NCBI GenBank assembly: GCA_964610875.1
Contig: CAZSWP010000062.1
Location: forward strand, 1-13,102
Reading direction: 5' to 3'
From: an uncultured archaeon
GTDB taxonomy: Archaea; Asgardarchaeota; Thorarchaeia; Thorarchaeales; Thorarchaeaceae
DNA: 13,102 bases
Shown one piece after another: positions 8,254 through 13,102 of the stretch. The notes under the pieces are model-generated. The model saw only the letters and a list, made by a program, of their open reading frames with translations. It did no database searches and was not told where the DNA came from. The position numbers were made by a program, and so were the translations under genes. Numbering within the stretch: the first letter of the stretch is position 1; each line of letters begins with the position of its first letter.

Positions 8254-9045
8254 ATGTATAGAAGCCTAAGCGTTGCAGCAGTGATACCAGCTCATAATGA
8301 GGAAAAACTAATTAGACAAACTGTTGAATCAGCACCAGATACACTTGATGCGATATATGTTATCGATGATGGGAGTACAGATAGAACTGGCGAAATTGTT
8401 GAAGAAATCAATCATAAAGATAAACGAGTTCAACTGCTTAAACATGTAACAAACAGGGGTGTAGGAGCGGCAATAATCACGGGATATCGAAAAGCATATG
8501 ATGAAGGGTACGACATTTTTGTTGTGGTTGGAGGCGACGCCCAGATGGATTGGAACGATTTGGAGTATCTTCTTAGACCTATTGAACAGGGAGATGTTGA
8601 TTACACCAAAGGAAACAGATTCATCTATGGTAAATCCTGTGACTCTCCAGGTAATGCATGGAGAGAGATGCCCACACATAGAATTCTAGGAAATGTCACT
8701 CTTTCCATATTAACTAAGATTGCCTCAGGGTATTATCATATCTATGATTCACAAATGGGTTACACAGCCTTACATAGACGAGTTTTCCCTCTCATCAACT
8801 GGGAAAATGCTAGACAGGGATATGGATATCCAGCTGAATGGCTAATACGATTTCATACAAAAGGAATCAGAGTGAAAGATGTTCCAGTAAGGGCAATATA
8901 CCTTCAGAATGAACGTCAGACTCAAATAAAAGTTAGGAAATTTGTATTCTATATGCTTGGAGTCATATTTAGGGGAGGTATAAACAGGATTTATAGAGAA
9001 TACTTCAGAGGAATGAAAAGAGAGATTTCGATGGATTCATTTTAA
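8254..9045 (+). CDS. GT2 family glycosyltransferase, DPM/DPG-synthase-like (polyprenol-phosphate glycosyltransferase)
   Basis: VIPAHNEE, IDDGSTD, NRGVGAA, GGDAQMD, KGNRF, RILGN, DSQMGY; 263 aa with only a short C-terminal hydrophobic/amphipathic stretch. Confidence 0.88.
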   Translation: MYRSLSVAAVIPAHNEEKLIRQTVESAPDTLDAIYVIDDGSTDRTGEIVEEINHKDKRVQLLKHVTNRGVGAAIITGYRKAYDEGYDIFVVVGGDAQMDWNDLEYLLRPIEQGDVDYTKGNRFIYGKSCDSPGNAWREMPTHRILGNVTLSILTKIASGYYHIYDSQMGYTALHRRVFPLINWENARQGYGYPAEWLIRFHTKGIRVKDVPVRAIYLQNERQTQIKVRKFVFYMLGVIFRGGINRIYREYFRGMKREISMDSF

Positions 9046-9088
9046 AGAGTAGTTCACTGTATTAATGACATAGGGAGTTGATTGGTAA

Positions 9089-10150
9089 ATGACAAAACGA
9101 GCATTGATTACTGGTATAACAGGGCAGGACGGTTCATATCTCGCAGAGTATCTATTAGCAAACGATTATGAAGTACATGGATTGATTCGACGCGCAAGTA
9201 CCTTTAATACTACACGAATTGATCATTTATACGAGGACCCACATACAGAAGGTGCGAGATTATTTCTACACTATGGTGATGTTTCAGATTGCTCCATTTT
9301 TCGTCATCTTATTGAAGATATTGAACCAGATGAGATATATAATCTAGCAGCACAAAGCCATGTAAGAGTGAGTTTTGAATTACCAATCTACACAGGGAAG
9401 GTCACAGGTCTATCTGTTATTGGACTACTGGAAGCTATAAGAAATACAAACCAAGATATTAAATTCTATCAAGCTTCTTCTTCTGAGATTTTTGGGGCCT
9501 CTCCTCCACCTCAAAATGAGGAGTCGACGTTTCATCCGCGGAGCCCATATGCTGTGGCAAAAGTGTACGGATATTGGGCCACAGTCAATTATAGAGAGGC
9601 ATATGGTATGCACACATCCAATGGAATTCTCTTCAATCACGAATCGCCTAGAAGAGGGGAAACCTTTGTTACAAGAAAGATAACTAGAGCTGTGGCCAGA
9701 ATAGTTGCAAAAACACAAGAGAAATTGTATTTAGGTAATCTTGATTCAAAACGAGATTGGGGATACGCTCCTGAGTTTGTAGTATGTATGAAGAAGATAG
9801 TTGGTCAGAAAGAATCTGGTGATTATGTTGTAGGTACTGGTGAGAGTCATTCTGTCAGAGATTTCTTGGAATATTCCTTCAGCTATGTGGGATTGAATTG
9901 GGAGGATTATGTAGAGATAGATGAAAAATACCTTAGACCATCAGAAGTTGATTATTTAGAGGCGGATCCAAAAAAGGCAGAGAAAATACTTGGTTGGAAA
10001 CCAATGATAAAAGCCCCAGAACTGGCAAAAATAATGGTTGATTATGACATGTCTACGTTATCACTGACCCCACCAGCTGAGGGAGAATCTATCCTTGAAC
10101 GGAATGGATTAAATTGGTTAGAAGAGCCAATCCATTATTCCAGATTATAA
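9089..10150 (+). CDS. gmd: GDP-mannose 4,6-dehydratase
   Basis: ALITGITGQDGSYLAE, RRASTFNT, YNLAAQSHVRVSF, FYQASSSE, PRSPYAVAK, FNHESPRRGETFVTRKI, LGNLDSKRDWG, LRPSEVD; SD-like AGGGAG at 9072-9077. Confidence 0.97.
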   Translation: MTKRALITGITGQDGSYLAEYLLANDYEVHGLIRRASTFNTTRIDHLYEDPHTEGARLFLHYGDVSDCSIFRHLIEDIEPDEIYNLAAQSHVRVSFELPIYTGKVTGLSVIGLLEAIRNTNQDIKFYQASSSEIFGASPPPQNEESTFHPRSPYAVAKVYGYWATVNYREAYGMHTSNGILFNHESPRRGETFVTRKITRAVARIVAKTQEKLYLGNLDSKRDWGYAPEFVVCMKKIVGQKESGDYVVGTGESHSVRDFLEYSFSYVGLNWEDYVEIDEKYLRPSEVDYLEADPKKAEKILGWKPMIKAPELAKIMVDYDMSTLSLTPPAEGESILERNGLNWLEEPIHYSRL

Positions 10151-10211
10151 GAGAGGAATTAAAAATATCTTCTTCTTTACTTGAACACTAGTTAATTCAT
10201 TCATGGCAAAT

Positions 10212-10225
10212 GTTGAAATTTCAAC
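10212..10225. repeat. Perfect 14-bp palindrome GTTGAAATTTCAAC in the gmd-GT4 intergenic region
   Basis: Read directly from the sequence; it is its own reverse complement. Confidence 0.7.
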
Positions 10226-10361
10226 CTGCGTATTAACACCATTTCCCACCGTTTTTATTGGAATATCAGTATAATTAATATCCTTCACATAAAAAGAATT
10301 TACATCAGTATAGGTATTAGGTCTAAATTCATATATTTATTGATTAGTTAGGTGAATCATC

Positions 10362-11435
10362 ATGCACACCTCCAAGAGAAAGAAAATTCTTATGATATCT
10401 GCACGATACAAGCCTGCGGTTGGAGGTGTTGAGAAACATATTGAGCAAATTGTTAATCTATTTGGAAATTCTAAATTCGTGATTGATATTATTACAGGAA
10501 GTCACATGATAGGACTGAATGATGAGAAAGATAGATGTGGAGATATACTTAGATTGCCATTCAAATGGGATAGAAATCCCTTTCTCATTTTTAGGTGGGC
10601 TTGGTCAAAAAGAAAGCTAATTTCTAGTTATGATATAGTTCATGTTCATGATGCTGTTCCTTTTTTAATGTGGGCTCTTCCACTACTACTATTTCGTCCA
10701 ATGAAACCCATCTTTATGACTTTTCATGGCTACGAAGCAGATCCTATACCATTACGATTTGTTATTCTTAGAAAAATTGTCAGTTTCTTAGCTAAACGTT
10801 CGATTTGCATTGGCAATTTCATTGAGCAATTATATGGAATAGAATGTGATGAAATATCAATAGGAGCTGTTAATTCATTTGATGTATCAGCTCAAAAAAA
10901 TACTAGAGCCGTATATGTAGGAAGAATCGAAGAAGATACAGGTATAGTTGAATATATTGAAGCAATAAGCATTTTGAAACGAAAATATGGATATAACATG
11001 GAATTAGTTGTATGTGGTCAAGGTACTTTAGTTGACGATATACAAAGCTTTGCTATTAAGAAACAGGTGGAGTTGTCATACCTCGGAATAATAAATGATA
11101 TTATCTCTGAGTTGGATACTAGTTATGTATGTTTTGCGGCAGGTTATCTTTCAATTCTTGAATCATTCTCAGTAGGCACTCCAGTTATTGGAATAGCAAA
11201 GTCAAATTTGAGATATGAGTATCTCAAATCAGTTAAATTGATGGGAGGTCCTATTTCTATTCAAAGAGATTCTGAAAGTATTGCTGAATATATTTTCAAT
11301 CTTAGAAAAAACACTGAACTATACGATAAATTAGTTGATGATGGTAGAAAGTTTGCGTCACAAAATTCTTGGTATAATCTGAAAAGTGTATACGAGAGGC
11401 TTTGGATGATGAATTCTGACAACGTATCAAGATAA
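10362..11435 (+). CDS. GT4 family (GT-B) glycosyltransferase, divergent
   Basis: YKPAVGGVEKH, DIVHVHD, TFHG, YVGRIEEDTG, LVVCGQG, ILESFSVGTPVI, SW near the C-terminus; AGGTGA SD at 10350-10355. Confidence 0.88.
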   Translation: MHTSKRKKILMISARYKPAVGGVEKHIEQIVNLFGNSKFVIDIITGSHMIGLNDEKDRCGDILRLPFKWDRNPFLIFRWAWSKRKLISSYDIVHVHDAVPFLMWALPLLLFRPMKPIFMTFHGYEADPIPLRFVILRKIVSFLAKRSICIGNFIEQLYGIECDEISIGAVNSFDVSAQKNTRAVYVGRIEEDTGIVEYIEAISILKRKYGYNMELVVCGQGTLVDDIQSFAIKKQVELSYLGIINDIISELDTSYVCFAAGYLSILESFSVGTPVIGIAKSNLRYEYLKSVKLMGGPISIQRDSESIAEYIFNLRKNTELYDKLVDDGRKFASQNSWYNLKSVYERLWMMNSDNVSR

Positions 11436-12956
11436 ATCATTATCATTGGTTGCAAAGTTTCGTTGCATAAAGTCTAATGTATTATGGAGGAAGCTTGGTA
11501 GAATTTGTTTGACAAGTACAAAATCGGAATTAGAGAAAGTCCTCAGTAATATTAGAGAGATTAAATAGACAAGAAATCCTGATGAAACAAATACTACGAG
11601 TTGTAATAATGAAATGGGTCTAGCGACTAGAATTAGAAAGGATATTGCTATCGACAATGGAAACACTCTGATTAATGTGTGTACAGAATATTTGAAGGGA
11701 TATACACCATATGTAGTAATCTTTTTCCAGGCAGACAAAAATAGTATGGTTATGTAAATCACTCGTACTATTGCACACCCAAAAAGTCCTAACCATAAAG
11801 TCAGAAACCAGCAGGCAATAATCTCGAATGTGATCACAGATATTCCAATTGTCAAGAAGAACCTTTTCTCACCTAAAGACCTGAGTGTGTTATGGAAGGA
11901 GTATGTAATTCCCCAGAATACATATCCAAAAGACAGTAGTGCGAGAGATATCCCTGCATTCGGATAATTAGAGTAAGATGTACCATATAGTATTTCTAAG
12001 ATAGTTGCAGAGTTAAACATTATGACCATCGATATTGGAAGTAAAAAGATGAAAAGGTACTTTAGGATCTTGGATATTGCATATTCGAGCTTCACTTGTT
12101 CTAATTCGTCATCATCTTGTACAATAGCATTCGCAAGATAGGGATAAACGGATGTAGATACAGCTAAAGCGAAAAAACTCAACATGAAGAGTAAACCTAA
12201 GAGAATATCATATACACCTAATGCTGAAAGATTTGTTAGATGAAGCAAAATAACTCGGTCCGCATTTTGAATAATTACATCAAGTAGTTGAAAAATCAAA
12301 CTTGGCAAGGAAAATGATAAGACTGCTTTCATGGAAGTGTTGATGCTTGTTGGTGGTAAATCAATCATAGCAGCAATCCCAAAAATGAGGACAGCTGAAA
12401 CCTCGCCAATTAGCCAGCCTACAATGACACCAAAAACTCCAAAACCTGCCAATACAAGTATAATGCTAAATCCAAATCTTATGGCATCAAAGAATATTCT
12501 TCCCAATGCTAAACGGTTTATTCTAAACCTAGCTAGTAGGTACGAATCGATGTAGACCTGTAATGAAGACAAAGGACCAATTAACATAACAAGCAAGAAA
12601 AGGCCCATTTCAAGATATCCTGAACTAATAAGTATATTGAGAACCAAACTTACCGGAGCTATAAGAAACACAGAAACAATGAGAATGATTAGAAGTGATT
12701 GAACAACAAAGTATCTAATCTTTCCTTCTTGTTTCTCCTTTTTGTATTTTGTAATGAAATATGGTGCAGCATGATTCAAGCCTGCTGCACCCAAGAATTG
12801 AACAAAGCCATATATAATGCCTACAACAGCAATTTCTCCCATCTGACTTTGTAGGAGAAGTCTGACAAGAATCATTATGTTGCCCAATCTGAAAATACCA
12901 GAAATGAGAGACTGTCCTATCAGAATACTAGTACCCCTTGAACTCATCTCTTGCAT
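11427..12956 (-). CDS. Wzx/RfbX-type oligosaccharide flippase (MOP/MATE superfamily)
   Basis: About 14 hydrophobic segments; LVRLL...G, GLNHA...FI, LSFSLP, NADRVIL, LGVY, VYPYL, ILYGTSY, LGLFGCA patterns. The ATG at 12956 is preferred to the GTG at 12974 because GTGAGGT (12974-12968) reads as its SD. The 3' end overlaps the GT4 3' end by 9 bp. Confidence 0.9.
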   Translation of the reverse strand: MQEMSSRGTSILIGQSLISGIFRLGNIMILVRLLLQSQMGEIAVVGIIYGFVQFLGAAGLNHAAPYFITKYKKEKQEGKIRYFVVQSLLIILIVSVFLIAPVSLVLNILISSGYLEMGLFLLVMLIGPLSSLQVYIDSYLLARFRINRLALGRIFFDAIRFGFSIILVLAGFGVFGVIVGWLIGEVSAVLIFGIAAMIDLPPTSINTSMKAVLSFSLPSLIFQLLDVIIQNADRVILLHLTNLSALGVYDILLGLLFMLSFFALAVSTSVYPYLANAIVQDDDELEQVKLEYAISKILKYLFIFLLPISMVIMFNSATILEILYGTSYSNYPNAGISLALLSFGYVFWGITYSFHNTLRSLGEKRFFLTIGISVITFEIIACWFLTLWLGLFGCAIVRVIYITILFLSAWKKITTYGVYPFKYSVHTLIRVFPLSIAISFLILVARPISLLQLVVFVSSGFLVYLISLILLRTFSNSDFVLVKQILPSFLHNTLDFMQRNFATNDNDLS

Positions 12957-13102
12957 TGTTAGTATATACCTCACTACTTCGAATAGAACTAAACTCGTTA
13001 CTCTTGTTACTGAATTTTGTTGATATAATTATCTTAGCACCCTTGTCGGAAATCCTTTTCTATGGCAATTACTCCTTTTATATTAACATGCTTAGAATTG
13101 CT

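Noticed and set aside
8329-9718. ORFs 8329..8679, 8498..8689, 9425..9718, 9492..9683
   Set aside because: Entirely inside the GT2 or gmd CDSs; no independent support.
11261-12555. ORFs 11261..11455 (-) and 12331..12555 (+)
   Set aside because: Shadows of the GT4 and flippase genes.
12957-12974. GTG 12974 as the flippase start
   Set aside because: GTGAGGT is better explained as the SD for ATG 12956; not proven.
1-13102. CRISPR array, tRNA/rRNA, transposase or integrase
   Set aside because: No regularly spaced repeats, cloverleaf-like segments or recombinase motifs were seen; intergenic gaps are all under 300 bp.

Overview
AT-rich, probably archaeal cell-surface glycan/polysaccharide biosynthesis and modification locus. 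The archaeal call is an inference from GGTGA/GAGGT-type ribosome-binding sites, TATA-like boxes, a DUF354 gene and an archaeal-type polytopic membrane protein. Ten CDSs lie in mixed orientation: a 5'-truncated CapA/PgsA-family metallophosphoesterase, a 900-aa GT-C-like membrane protein with an inserted extracellular beta-sandwich domain, a CapK/PaaK-type adenylate-forming enzyme, a DUF354 GT-B-like protein, a DUF3473-type polysaccharide deacetylase, a hexapeptide-repeat acyltransferase, a DPM-synthase-like GT2, GDP-mannose 4,6-dehydratase (gmd), a divergent GT4 and a Wzx-type flippase. No RNA genes, CRISPR arrays or mobile elements were recognised. Three signals stand out: (i) a convergent ligase + DUF354 / deacetylase block bracketed by an identical inverted 13-bp motif, GAGTAGGATTTAT, suggesting a co-regulated 'deacetylate then re-acylate' glycan-tailoring module; (ii) the GT-C-like protein with a sequon-rich CBM-like insertion; (iii) a possible lipid-linked sugar relay (GT2 + gmd + flippase + GT-C). 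All functional models are hypotheses from motif reading; no searches were run.
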